Assembly: GCA_040437565.1 (NCBI GenBank)
Contig: JBDOQK010000004.1
Location: forward strand, 434,001 to 498,000
From: Albugo candida
Taxonomy: Eukaryota
DNA length: 64,000 bases
Reading direction: 5' to 3'
Part shown: piece after piece, positions 37,751 to 50,269 of the stretch
Position numbering within the stretch: position 1 is the first letter of the stretch
Layout of the letters: each line of letters opens with the position of its first letter
Position numbers and translations under genes: made by a program
The notes under the pieces: model-generated
Seen by the model: only the letters and a program-made list of their open reading frames with translations
What the model was told of the DNA's origin: nothing
Database searches by the model: none

Positions 37751-39586
37751 CTATGACGCAAAGTCCGTTTCCTTTCCTTGAGCGGAACGTAGTGCGGCCG
37801 TGATAATCGCTTGACGTTTGATATCGGAAACATTATTCTCGAGCTCGGGAATTGGAACGCTTTTGCCATCGACGATCATATGTGTTACTCTACTGAAAGG
37901 GAAGGCTTCCAAAGCGGACTCGTGGAAATAACCTGTGAATCGAATTCGGCGTAATGCAATTGTGTAGATGCGATCACTTGCACGATATGCTCTTACAAAA
38001 CCAGAGCCGAATGATTTGGCAACCACTCGATCTCCAATCGCGAATTTGGGGGCGTGGTTCTTGAATGGGGACATTGTATTTGCCGCTGCCGAAACACGAG
38101 CTTTCACTGTTGAAAAACTGGGCAAACGCTCACTTGTAGACGCTTTTACAGTCGCAGAAGCCGAGATGACTGAATGTCTCGTAATCGATAAAATGGACGA
38201 TAATCGACCCACTGCGAAGGAGTTCCGTGCCGAGTGTATCAATTGACTCGATGTGCTCTCCCGAACGTCAAAGTCAGGCACACTTGTGAATGTCGACTCT
38301 GCTTGGTAGTCGCTCACGTACATTATATGACAGCTTTGATCGAGTAAAACTTGATACGTGTAATCATGCTCTTGGAAGCGAACAATTCGACCCATACCGA
38401 ATGGAGTTTGTACGCGTTCTCCTTCCTCAAAATACGACCTTCGTGGATGTAACGTGACCATATTTGCGTGTATGTAAGCCACAGCGCCACAGGGCAGATT
38501 CGCTATGAAAATACTGTCGTGTGGACGAAATCCAGCGATCGTTGCACCTCCAAATGACGTCATCGCTTTCTTGATTGATTGTGTGGGCTTTGTAGTGTCA
38601 CTTTGGTCACATTGTGTGGTACGTGGGGTACAAGACTGACCCATTTTGGCTTTGGTGTACATTTTACTCGCATACGATCCCTCACGAATAGAAGAGTATC
38701 CGTTGACTAGGTACTCTTTTGTTGATTGCATCATCTGGAACGTTTGACCCAACGCGCTGGTCGGAATCTTTTCAAATTTTTTTGTGGTCGCTTTCATTCG
38801 CCAAATATGCTCATTGTCCCATCGCCAATCCAGTGTGATACCATACATATCTTCTGCTACATAATATCGATCAATTGTCGCAGGTCCCCACCGTGTCCGG
38901 ACTCGTTCACCGACAGCGGCTTTGATTTCCCGGACGATCTGATTGGCTTGAATATAAGCTGTCACGGAGGGGGACATTGATACAAGGTACACATCATCTC
39001 TGGGACGATACTTGGAAATTGTCCCAGTACCAAACACAGTCGCCACACATGTACCAGAACGAAATTTACAAATTCGATTTGCAGGTGATATGTTATCATT
39101 AGAATTGCGAGCAGAATTCAAAGGTGGTACCGATACGCAACGACGCAGTGTTGCAAAAGCTTTGAGATCCTCCGATTGTGCTGGCATCGAGCGAGCGCTC
39201 CGTTCTGAGGACTTTTGTGAGCCAGTCAAACTAGAGCGGATGTCAATCTTTCGGTACCAGCTAGAAGTGGTCATGTTTTTTTGCATCGATAGTCTTTGAA
39301 GCGGTTTGACATTAAGCGTCATTTGAGTATTGCTTACAGGGCCTGACTTCACTTTATTGTCATACTTTGGTTTTGTGTGTAAAATGTGCGAGTGAATGGT
39401 TTGATTATCGGCGAATGAATCCCATTGGATAGGATTTGCTTCACGTGATCCTGCTAAACCGCATGAGGATTTGTCTGCTTCGGCCGGGTCCACCGTGTCC
39501 TCGGGAGAACGCGTAAAATAGGTTGTAACTTTTGGGAAAATAGTACTGATTCCACTGAATCGCTGTTTACTTTCGGTCGAAACCAT
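37751..39586 (-). CDS. Hypothetical protein with five SH3/KOW-like repeats
   Basis: Uninterrupted 611-aa ORF with repeated GxxVxTxFGxGxIxx(Y/F)RxxDxxYxV. Confidence 0.8.
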   Translation of the reverse strand: MVSTESKQRFSGISTIFPKVTTYFTRSPEDTVDPAEADKSSCGLAGSREANPIQWDSFADNQTIHSHILHTKPKYDNKVKSGPVSNTQMTLNVKPLQRLSMQKNMTTSSWYRKIDIRSSLTGSQKSSERSARSMPAQSEDLKAFATLRRCVSVPPLNSARNSNDNISPANRICKFRSGTCVATVFGTGTISKYRPRDDVYLVSMSPSVTAYIQANQIVREIKAAVGERVRTRWGPATIDRYYVAEDMYGITLDWRWDNEHIWRMKATTKKFEKIPTSALGQTFQMMQSTKEYLVNGYSSIREGSYASKMYTKAKMGQSCTPRTTQCDQSDTTKPTQSIKKAMTSFGGATIAGFRPHDSIFIANLPCGAVAYIHANMVTLHPRRSYFEEGERVQTPFGMGRIVRFQEHDYTYQVLLDQSCHIMYVSDYQAESTFTSVPDFDVRESTSSQLIHSARNSFAVGRLSSILSITRHSVISASATVKASTSERLPSFSTVKARVSAAANTMSPFKNHAPKFAIGDRVVAKSFGSGFVRAYRASDRIYTIALRRIRFTGYFHESALEAFPFSRVTHMIVDGKSVPIPELENNVSDIKRQAIITAALRSAQGKETDFAS

Positions 39587-39879
39587 ATTTAGTGAAATAA
39601 ATCAATCACAAGATGAAAAAAAGACGTCAAGAGAGTAACGCCTTTGTTGTTCTTTTTCGTGCTATGGTCGACTCCATTTGCTCGGAAATTTAAGAGACAC
39701 TGAATGTTTTGTAAGAAAATAGAGAGAAGGGGTAGGTTGTTGGCTCCTTTTTTGGAGTCTCCGGATCTCAACTTTACATAAATATGCTTTAAATGTAAAC
39801 ACTGGCAAGTATGCGAAATACAATCTTGGTGAGTTTACAGTCGGAGCAATTAAGTTCAGACCCATTCTTCGAATTATAT

Positions 39880-40709
39880 TTATTCCGCTTCCGCACGCTC
39901 AGATACCTCTGAAACCGTTTCCTGCACTTGTAACAAATGTTTGTACAACGCTAAGAATTTATCAGCGTCAATTCCGCACTCGATTCTTTCTTCGAGCAGA
40001 AATTTGTCGCATTTTTCGGTGAAATCCAACGACATTCGGACCGTGCCATCAAACTATTAATTTTATAACAGTCAGGCAATTTAATAAAGATACCATTTTC
40101 TCGAGTTTGTCTCACCTCAGATGATGTCGAGCCACCTGTTCCAGGAATTTTCTCGGCAATTAGCTTTAGGCGGTTCAATTTGGCAAACTTGGAAATTCAA
40201 CGATCAAGCATGCTCATGGATATCCTCATATCGGGCAGTACATACCTGAAAGCGTTTGGTCGCTAAACTTTCTCGAATCGATCCGCGTGCACTCATAAAT
40301 ATCTTGCTTATGACTGTCGTGTGTTCGTGAAGTAAACCCAGTTGCAGAAGCTCGGTCTGAAGATCTGTAGCGCTTATATCAAACTTTGAGGCATGTTCCA
40401 ATACAAAGCTTATCCAAGCAACCATAGTCACAGTATCATCATCGTCTTCCCAACTTAAAGATGGTACGATGTTTTCGTCGCCAAGTTTGTTCAAAGCGCA
40501 CTTCGTGAAAGACGCCAAGTCCTCAGCAGACTACATACAGTCGCTTCTATAAGTGCATGCTACACGAAGTGAAACCGCACCTTTGAAGCAAATATTGGTA
40601 CCGAGGATTGTATCCAATCGGGGGGCTCGATATTACCACAAAATCGGAATTTCTACACCGTTCACGCTTATGTCCGACTACACACGAATGAGTGCATTCA
40701 ACGCACCAT
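39880..40709 (-). CDS. COMMD4: COMM domain-containing protein 4 (5 exons; first coding exon is the ATG alone)
   Basis: Spliced M|KFRFCGNIEPPDWI matches the COMMD4 N-terminus (MRFRFCG...PDW); SFVLEHASKF..LQTELLQLGLLHEH; DKFLALY. Introns 40706-40653 and 40580-40531. Confidence 0.85.
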
Positions 40710-40723
40710 GCTATAAGAGTCAA

Positions 40724-40880
40724 TATATTACATTGTAGTACACATACACTGGTCTTATGTGGTACACCGAATCATAGACGTGTCATATGCTAAAAACACG
40801 ATGACGCGTATATGTGTCTTTACGATCGGACTTGGAAATCGGTCCCACTAGTTGTTTGTATGCTCAAAGTAGTAGTCATT
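40724..40880. repeat. Diverged direct repeat, copy 1 (partner at 52376-52533)
   Basis: Shared collinear blocks TATATTACATT, TTATGTGGTACACCGAA, ATGACGCGTATATGT and TGCTCAAAGTAGTAGTCATT. Confidence 0.85.
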
Positions 40881-43800
40881 AAAATTTCTTCTGGCAATCA
40901 TTCCTTGCCATATGTTTCTGGTGGCACTGATAGATCCAAGTCATGAATAGCAAGGTAGATTGCGAGTAGGAGTGCAAACTTCGAGTTTAAAACATTACTA
41001 GCCATTCCAGTGCTCGAGGGAAAGCGGATAACCCAATAACAAATGTAATAGAAAGCTTCACTTCAGTCCAATTCAAGCTCATTCACGTCGGCATCGAGTA
41101 GGTTCAAGAAAGATCCCACTTGTATGCAGCGAGCTGCTACAGTGGGTGTATCATTTTATGATACCGGTACTACCAGGAATTACACTTCAACTTCAACATT
41201 CTATCTTGCTTGTTCCCATTTGTATTCAAACACGCGCGAGAGAAACCAATTTAGACTTTTCTGCGCCGAACGACTCGTAAATACGTCATGACACGTCCGA
41301 CATACACGTTGAGGATCCTTCGCATTATTTTCTCCACCTAATTTGGAGCAGGAATAGCCTCTGAGAATTTGCTTCCACTAGAAATGCACAACACTCTCCA
41401 CAGCAAACCGGTCACAATGGCGAAAATGATGACGCCGACTGCTAATTTTGAACACGTGAACACACAGCATATAGGTGCTTCGTGCGGAAGGCTGACTTCA
41501 GCTTGGTTGACTCATGATCGCATTATACAATTTCTTGAAGTATTTCCGAGTGATTGTGTGCGACACATATCGCCCCCTTTACTGTCAAGTTACTTCAAGG
41601 AAACACCATACTGAAACAGCATATAGCTGATGTCAATAAGTTCTCTTCCTGCGGCGATATGTAATAGCGTAGAGCCATAAGCCAAACTCACACTAGACAT
41701 GATCCTTCGGACAAGAACAATCTGGTTATAGCTGGATCATTTGGCGAGTTGTGATGACGTGAATCACCAAAAAAGTCTGGAACCACGTGTTACCGTTGTC
41801 GACTTGAGCTCCTTAGTGAAAAGAAATCCACCAATCGATAGCCATTTTCACGATCACACAATACATTCAGCAAAGTGACGAACGTTAATCTCAATGTGAT
41901 CGGTCGAACGGATCGATTCTTTGGGATCGTGGGATCTTACAAGTGCCATTATGGTTGTACTGGCCTTACGAACTGCGAGGAGTAATGCGGTTTGATGAAA
42001 GTATCGNNNNNNNNNNNNNNNNNNNNNNNNNNNNNNNNNNNNNNNNNNNNNNNNNNNNNNNNNNNNNNNNNNNNNNNNNNNNNNNNNNNNNNNNNNNNNN
42101 NNNNNNCTCACCAACCGGCAACAAATGGCTTCGTGCAGCGCTTGATAAATTCCGACCACAGCATATGGTTTTCTTGTTACAACAAGTAAATGTATCATGT
42201 AGGACTTGAGCTGCTAAATGACGGATGAAAAAAATAGCTGGCTTGGTGGATGCTATCACAGGCAGGTGAGGATGTTATCCATGTTGGCGATGCACGTTCC
42301 ACGCAAAAAATGTTGACCATTATCTTGATGGCTATACATTCTTCATCCACTATTCAACACATCGCATGATTCCGCTTATATACGGTCAACGCATACGCCG
42401 TTGTTGGGAGAGTCGATAAACGATCCAATCGCTTCACGCTCATACATTTCTTATTCAAGACGGTCGGCTAGGAGTCTTGCATGGGCTGAATTGATACATG
42501 CCGCTCAAGAGAAATCTGGTTCAGATCCTCGACTTGAAGAATATCCCACCCAGCCGATAAGATCTTCTCTGTCTCAGGCTCACACTCGACTCGTCGATTG
42601 ATACGATCACATAAGCCACTCGAACAGCTAACCCGTTTATACATCGTGTTATTGTGTCCCATGCATCCCTGGCGTCTTCCGTGCTCGGATTGATCACACA
42701 CTGGAATGAGTGCACTTGTTCCAATCTCAATGGATCGAATCACAAATAATTGAATCCATATTGTTCAAAATTCTGTGCCAACGCACTGACAAGTTGGCCA
42801 GCGGAAGCGAAATGCAGTGTATCATTCCGACTGGTTCGAGTACTCCCAAAACATCCAAGATACTCGACGAAGTTGGTGTCGTATTCAGTCAATCTCTTCC
42901 TCAACGTGACCAAATACTCCATAATGAGTGATGTGGATCCATTTTTCCGGTATTGCACTCACCACTCACGAGAATAGATTGAATATCTGTGGTGAGTCTT
43001 TTTCATTGAGCATGCAGTAATGTATACTCTATTGCTATGTTGACTGCCGATTGAGAGTTTTGGCTACTGTACCTATCACGCGAAGACAAAGTCAGTAATT
43101 TGATTACAAAATGCGATCTCATACCAGCAATGAATGTAATCGGACAATTATGCTAACACTGTATTTACTTCTGCGTAACTATTCACTTTACATTATGTAG
43201 CTTCCGACGTCTTGAATGAAGCTACTAAATGTAGTTTACAAGGGTGCGCATCAAGCGATATATGAGAAGAGCTTGAAACTTGGGTCATGGTCGCATTGGA
43301 GACATACTTGAAACCAACTCCGTAAAATAGGAGGAGTGTGGAGAGATATTTCAGGCTACATTTTCATGATTGAGAAATACAAAGGTTTTCGACTCAAATG
43401 ATGCGATTAAGTCAGTAAGCCGGGAGAAGATGCTATGAAGTCGCTGTTTTGAGAATATTACAAAAGCGAGGTCGATATGAGATGCAGTGGCTTCTTCGAC
43501 GATGTATTGAGCAGAGCGAAATGCGGCAAAATCGTATGATCTCCACATCGTGCGGAGTCATATTATGATTGTCAAGACTCGATATGCTGCAGGGACTGAC
43601 ACTAATTACTTTTTGCTGCGTGATTTGTATGGAAATAAAGCAAAGAAACGTACTGTTACGACAACTGTATCAAAGCTGCCCAAGTGATTGACGATAGCAA
43701 AATGCTTACAAAAGCACGAATTGGGTCTTAGGATCGTACTTTATATAAATGATGGTATGATTTACAATGATGAAAAGAAGAGCGGTGCGTTTCACGCGTA

Positions 43801-44092
43801 TGATCCTACAAGAGACGTCCCGACTATATATGAGGTTTCACAACAAACGAATCAGCTCGTCTCGTGTCAGTAAACTGTAAGTGTATTGCAGTTTTGAAGA
43901 CTGAATATCAGTGGACCGCTGGGCTTTCAGCAAAGCGTTTGGTGGAATGGCTAAGGATTTTCTCAGGCGGGTTTGTGTGCTAAGCAATAATTTGTTTGGT
44001 CAGCCACATCTCACTCCAAATACAAATGTACTTGCCAGCTTCGATGATCCTGATGACAAATACCTGATGCGGCCTGGAGATCGAACTTTCTA

Positions 44093-46683
44093 TAGTGCAA
44101 GACACTTGTAACCGACCCCCCTATTTATGCGGCCAAATTCCAAAATTTAAATTTCATGCAGCCTATACCTCTTACGTGCAAATAACCGGTTCATTTAGCC
44201 AATCAGGAGTAGTGTATTTAGGTCGGTTAATCAATCGCCATACCACTTTAGTAGTTCAGAACGCCCTCCGTAATTTTTTGCACTTGTAGCTCGCCAAAGT
44301 AACCATGCCACGTCTAAAAAAGCAAGAAAAACACTTGTACATGGCATCAATACATCCTTCAGAGAGCAAGAAGCAGAAAATCGAAGTACATGACGTGCAT
44401 GAATTTGAAAGTAGCAGCGCCTGCAGTAAAAATGAATCCCAGATGGAGGACGAAATGAAGTGGAAGATGATGACATGATTGTTGGGAATATTGAGAGAGC
44501 TGTCCTTTCAATACTAACCAACGAGAGCAACCGACCAGTGCGGTATCTGGGAAATTCGTCACACACAGAAAGGCACAAGAAGGCGGTGCTGAAGGATGCT
44601 GAGAGAGGCACCAAACCGTTGACTAAATACTGGACACTGACAACAATGTTTACAGAAGCTGGTGCTGAAGTGGATGCGGATAACGAAAATGATGAAGACT
44701 TGGATGATGAATCCGATGAATCCGAGGTTACTGAGTGGACCAAAGGTGATATCAGTTTGGCAGCTGAGAATCTGAAAAAACTAAATCGAAAGCCAAACGG
44801 GAAGAACAATGCAGCACATGCGCATGAAGCAGCACTACTCGGGTAATTTCGACTACTTCAAATAGGAAAAACGAAGAAAGCGGCAAGTTCCTGTATCTCA
44901 GATGCAGCAGGAAGAGGGGTTACTTTTCTAGATCAATACGGACATGGGCCGGAACTTTTATGAAAGACGGGTATCTGCCTCAGTCGAAGCAAGGGCAACA
45001 CGCCAAGCGATCAATTTTTCTTCAGGACGAGGACTGTAACATTATTCTGCAGCAATACCTACGTGCAAATAAGTTCGATGTCGAAATTGCAACCTTGACA
45101 AAACACACGAATGAAGAAATCTTCCTCTAGTTAGGCTACACTCCATGCCCAAAAATATCGGAACGAACGATGATGCGCTGGCTACAGTCCTTAGACATAA
45201 CCTACCGTAAAGTTACGAAGAGGATTTACATCGATGTTCATGAGAGAGAAGATGTTATCGAGTATCGCCAAAAGTTTCTGGCCATATTAGATAAACTTGA
45301 TACTCCCATGCCTGTTTTCCCTGCAAAAGATGATACTTTCGAGAAAAAACATGATGATGTGATATGGCCAGCAGCGAAAATTCAGCCATTTCTTCTGGTA
45401 ACCCATGATGAAAGTACGTTTTTTGTCAATGATGGGTTGAAGCGCCTTTGGATGCCGGATGGAGAAGAACCATTGCGCAAGAAAGGCAAAGGGAGATCTA
45501 TTCATGTCAGTGACTTCCTTTGTCCAAGTTCGGGATGCCTCGCCCTGGAGCAAGACAAAAAAAAGCAGTTTCCGACCCTGCCAGAACAAGCATGTGTGAT
45601 CATGCACGCTGGAATTCAGCACGACGGATGGTGGGAGGCAATAGACCTCTACAACCAGGTGCTTGATCGAGAAATTTCCATCTTTGAGTCACCATTTCCA
45701 TGCATGCAAGCCCTCTTTGCCTTTCACAATGCCACCAGCCATGCTACTTTTGCTGACGATGCGCTGTGTGCAGACCGCATGAACCTGAGCCCTGTGGGCA
45801 AACAACATCTGATGCGACAAACGACTTGGGGAAATGGAATTTACCAGGAATTGGTTTTTCCAGAAGATCATGCAATTGAAAAACTTCGTGGCAAGGAAAT
45901 GGGTATCAAAGTTGTCCTTCAAGAACGAGGACTTTGGCGTGCAGCCTCCAACCGAACTGGACTGCTGTGCCAGAAAAAGCATGGCAAATCAACCGGACTT
46001 TCTTCGCCAGAAATGCATGTTAGAAGAGCTTATTGATGGTGCCGGCCACAAAATCTATTGTGAACTCATCTGCATTGAGCACTTTGGGGGCTCTGCCAAG
46101 CGGTACGCACGGAAACACTACAATTATTCATGGGCTGTACTAAAAGTCGTGGTGCCAAAGTATTGAAGTCGGTCAGTTTGACCGAGATAAGGCACTACTA
46201 TCAAAAATCTAGCGGTATATGGATGTTTACCGCAAAGGGTTAAGTGGTAAAGATGCGGAATATGCCGTCAAAAAGTACCGTTCTCACCAACGCGTACCAA
46301 ATTCAATCCTGATGGACTTGAACTGCCTCACGGCTTAATACTACATCAACGAGACCATACTTTCGGAGATTGTTTCATAATTGATAACTTGTCATACATA
46401 CTTGCTTAAAAAAGGTCGGCCCCAATAGTATTATGTCGTACAGGTTATTGATTTTTGGTTGGCCAAATGTCGCTTGTCCCATAGAAAATGGCCGAAACTG
46501 GCCAAATTTCAAGGCCCTACTAGTCCAACAAAAATAAAGTTACGAAGAATCGGCTTCCATTATCTTACAGCGTAGCGTCTGTTCTTGAATATAATGGAAT
46601 TCTGTTTTCTCCATTAGATCGTTTCTGTAAAATAAAGAATTCTTGTCTACCGATTAAACGTGCTGGTTATAAGTGTCTTACTG
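44093..46683 (+). mobile_element. IS630-Tc1-mariner superfamily DNA transposon, full length, dead transposase
   Basis: Imperfect TIRs TAGTGCAAGACACTTGTAACC / GGTTATAAGTGTCTTACTG with TA on each side. Transposase YIDVHEREDV, THDESTF, KGKGRSIHVSDFL, FHNATSH, CELICIE, with stops and frameshifts. Confidence 0.88.
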
Positions 46684-48190
46684 TAGCAACCTGATCATGT
46701 GAGTAACAACTTTGGGTATAGATTTATCGCTCTGGGGCTAGAATTTTTCCGGTTCGAGTGGTGTCACTCGAATCGGAAGAATCAAGCTCGATTGCGTGTA
46801 CACGTGTGAAGCGACCTATTCACCCCTTCTCCAGCCCGCATAGACCATGGCGTGAGATCACCGCACTCAATGTGCTGGCGAATGAGCGGATGGATTTGAA
46901 TTGACTGAATTGAAGAATCACCCAAATTTTTTTACGTTCTACCTGACCAGGCACATGGAACGTGTCCGCAAGGAGCTTTGCATGGGGGTCTATTATTGGT
47001 GTAGACGACAGCGAGGTCTCTGACATAAGAAGGCAGAGAGCTACTCTCTCGGTCTAGATGTCTACAGAATATCTTAAGGCAATGCTCTACGTACGGGTGA
47101 ATCTGGGTAATGGAAACATATGACAACAGCAGCTATCAGCATACAGCGCAGTTGCATACGCAGCCTCAATTATCGATGTATCAAACGGATGTAAAATTAA
47201 AGAATAGTACTACTTTCCGAACTTGAGCGCCCGAAAGTATGGTGACACGGAGCATTCCTGGGAATATTAGTTTGACCGCGTGAAGTCAAATCCGCGATGC
47301 GTGTTAAACATTACTTTTGTCTTAATAGCGATCTACCTCATGATTGTAAGCCATTTGAATAGACTGTGAGTTTTTTACACACAGGTTGATGCCACGTACC
47401 AGCTAGATCACATTCTCAATACACGTTTCTATACGCGAGGTCCAGAAGAAGCACTTGTATGTTCCATCGTTCGCGGGATGATTTTGTAGGATTTCTTGCC
47501 ACCCATCGTATTGATGATTACATTATACATCTTCACAAAATCAATGCCTAGCATGCAATACTCCTGTGAGTTACGAGCCATTTTGACCAGACATGGGATT
47601 GCGATAGAGCGAGTATGTACTTCTTTTGGAGTGCCTTGTACTGTGATACTTAAACTTTCCGGATTCGTTGAAAGCTTGTCATAAACTGTTGGTGAAATTT
47701 TAATCTCATCCTGTCCGAATTAAATTTTCGCTTCTTGAGCAGAAAATTGCATAGCATCCAATGATATTTCCGTGAAAACCAATTTATCCACTGATAGAAA
47801 CTCAGCGGCTTGAGAATCGGTTTTTAGATATGTCGTGAGTATAGACTATATCACTTAGTGATCGATCAGTGACAAAAGAATACGTTCCTTTATGAGCAAT
47901 TTCAATAAACTCGTCAACGTCAAAAAGGAAGATCTTTATACCATGACCAAGCGAGTTCAGAGGCAGTATTTTTTCAAAAGAATCTGTCGCCCACTCCGAC
48001 AGGTGCTCGAAGGTTATTCTCCAACAACCGACTATCACATTGGATCTTTTTTCTTTTTGGGTTGGTGGTGGCTGATAGTGATACTGTAAGTTTTCCAAGC
48101 TTTCAGAGCTGAGTGATTTTGTCTTTGATCGTATTTGAAATCCCCACCGACGTACTTCCTGATCATTTCTTGATTCCAGAAGTGTATCTT

Positions 48191-48495
48191 TACATGAAAA
48201 TTGAAATACCACAGTGTGATAATTCCCCGTTTGACTATGGGTTGACAGTTCATGTAGCAACCATAAAAGCAAATCATATATATAATGGCATGCATGATGG
48301 AAGAAAATACTGACCGCAAAGAGCTTCCCTGATAAGGATATACTTCTATCGTGAATGCCATTATGTATATATGATTTGCTTTTAAGCTTGGTTGCGGTCA
48401 GTATTTTCTTCCATCGTGAATACGGTCGCTACATGAACTGCCAACCTATAGTCAAACAGGGAATGATCCCCCTGTAGTATTTTCAATTTCATGTA
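48191..48495. repeat. Imperfect fold-back inverted repeat (arms 48191-48326 and 48343-48495)
   Basis: For example GTTTGACTATGGGTTGACAGTTCATGTAGC versus the reverse complement GTTTGACTATAGGTTGGCAGTTCATGTAGC; GATGGAAGAAAATACTGACCGCAA is present in both arms. Confidence 0.85.
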
Positions 48496-49149
48496 TTTTC
48501 CACCGACAGAATAGTGATATGTGGACGTGAATCCAAGCATGGAGAAATAGCATGCTAAATGGTGATTCTTCATCGTGTGAATTGTCGGTCGATTATTGGA
48601 TTATAATGAACATTTATGTAATGATTTTGATTCCAGCACCAGCTCAACCAATGGTACGCACAGCTTTAATTATTGTCAACGTTCAACTGAGGGTTCTACT
48701 GCTGCATAAACGCATAATCAACATTGGCTTAGGCTGTGTTTGTCAAGTATCTACAAAAAGATTGCATGCTTTCGGAAAAGACAAACTGGCAACGTTTTCG
48801 AAGCGTACTTTGCGAGTACGGAAGCGAACCGTGGACACGGAGGTGTGCAGTATTGCATTAACCTTCTTTGCCTGTATTATACCACCTTGATGCAATAGAA
48901 TGCATTTCTAAATGAGCAAGAAAATTGGAATATCCTTATTGAAAACATGGAAAGAAACTTGCAACAATTTGGAATTAAATCTGTTCGGTAGCGTAGTCAT
49001 TCCCCTGTCCTTATCATTAGGTACCTGCCATATATTTTGAAGTATTGGCCCGAAACTTTAACATGCAGTGTGGTTACAGATCTCGCAAGTTTTGGAGCCA
49101 TACTTTGCGAACATGAAAGCGAATTTGCAGGCTATTGAAGCTGATGTCA

Positions 49150-50262
49150 CTTCTCAATTTGCCGGATACTAAGTAACCCGCTAATTTAGTAAAAACACCT
49201 CGAAAAAATAACTTTTTTCAACTCTTTCCTCTCGAAAACAATGGTTCAAGTCGACATATCGACACAACCCAGGGTGCTAACGTCCACTTGTAGTGACGTG
49301 GCAACCCTCATGAGTCACCCAGTATTGGGTGATTGCATGATTGTTGATGAGTCGTCACCCCTGTGTAATGACCTGGAAAGTACCCCCCACCCCCAGTGTG
49401 ACGGTACAGGGTAATACGGGTACGACCGGTGTAGGATGTGGTACCGGTGGTANNNNNNNNNNNNNNNNNNNNNNNNNNNNNNNNNNNNNNNNNNNNNNNN
49501 NNNNNNNNNNNNNNNNNNNNNNNNNNNNNNNNNNNNNNNNNNNNNNNNNNNNAGTTGGGATCAGTTTTTCTCCTCTCGAACAAGTTGGACGCATATTGCA
49601 TGTGCAATTGTCCCAACAGTACGGTCGGATTGGAAAGAATATTTAGAGATTATATCAGAATTATGGCTTGCATTGCAAGCGGTGACACTGCACTTCGTCT
49701 GGAGAGATCGGAATCGTCGTTTGTTCGATCAGCGATTATCAACTCCGACAGTCCCAGCACTTTCCGTGATCTACGCCACGTTTAGTGCGCACGTTCGGTA
49801 CTTTCGAAGACAGTGTTACGACCAAGAGGAACGCATTCGGCTTGCAAATGTGCTGGATCAACTCGCCACGCAAGGATCATTTGGTGGATTTTTCAGAAGT
49901 CGAAGATCATTGCTGCGGGTCCGGCACAGGCGAGTGGAACGGCAAGTGCAACTCAGATCCTAGTCCTAGTTGGCTGGTTTTCTCACCGTAGTGTGGCGCA
50001 CACCAATGTGCAAACCACGGTACTTTTGGACCATTTTTACAACTTAACAACTTTTTCAACTTTACAGCATTTACAAGCTGGACACAGTCTCGTATTAAGG
50101 TTGCTGAGGCTACTACGATACGAGATTATCAACGAGACGACATTTTATCATCTCTCACAGGTATTTCACGAAACGTTTTTATATGTATATATGTTATTTA
50201 AGATAGCCTAGGCAACTAGAGAAGTCAGTTAGTCTAATTCTAGTAATATAGACACCTTCAAC
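49150..50262 (+). mobile_element. LINE (same family as 23012-23305): 5' end, gap, ORF2 C-terminus and 3' UTR
   Basis: ORF end LHFVWRDRNRRLF is the W..RN...F motif of L1/Tx1 ORF2 C-termini; both termini match the 23-kb insertion. Confidence 0.85.
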
Positions 50263-50269
50263 TGATCGA

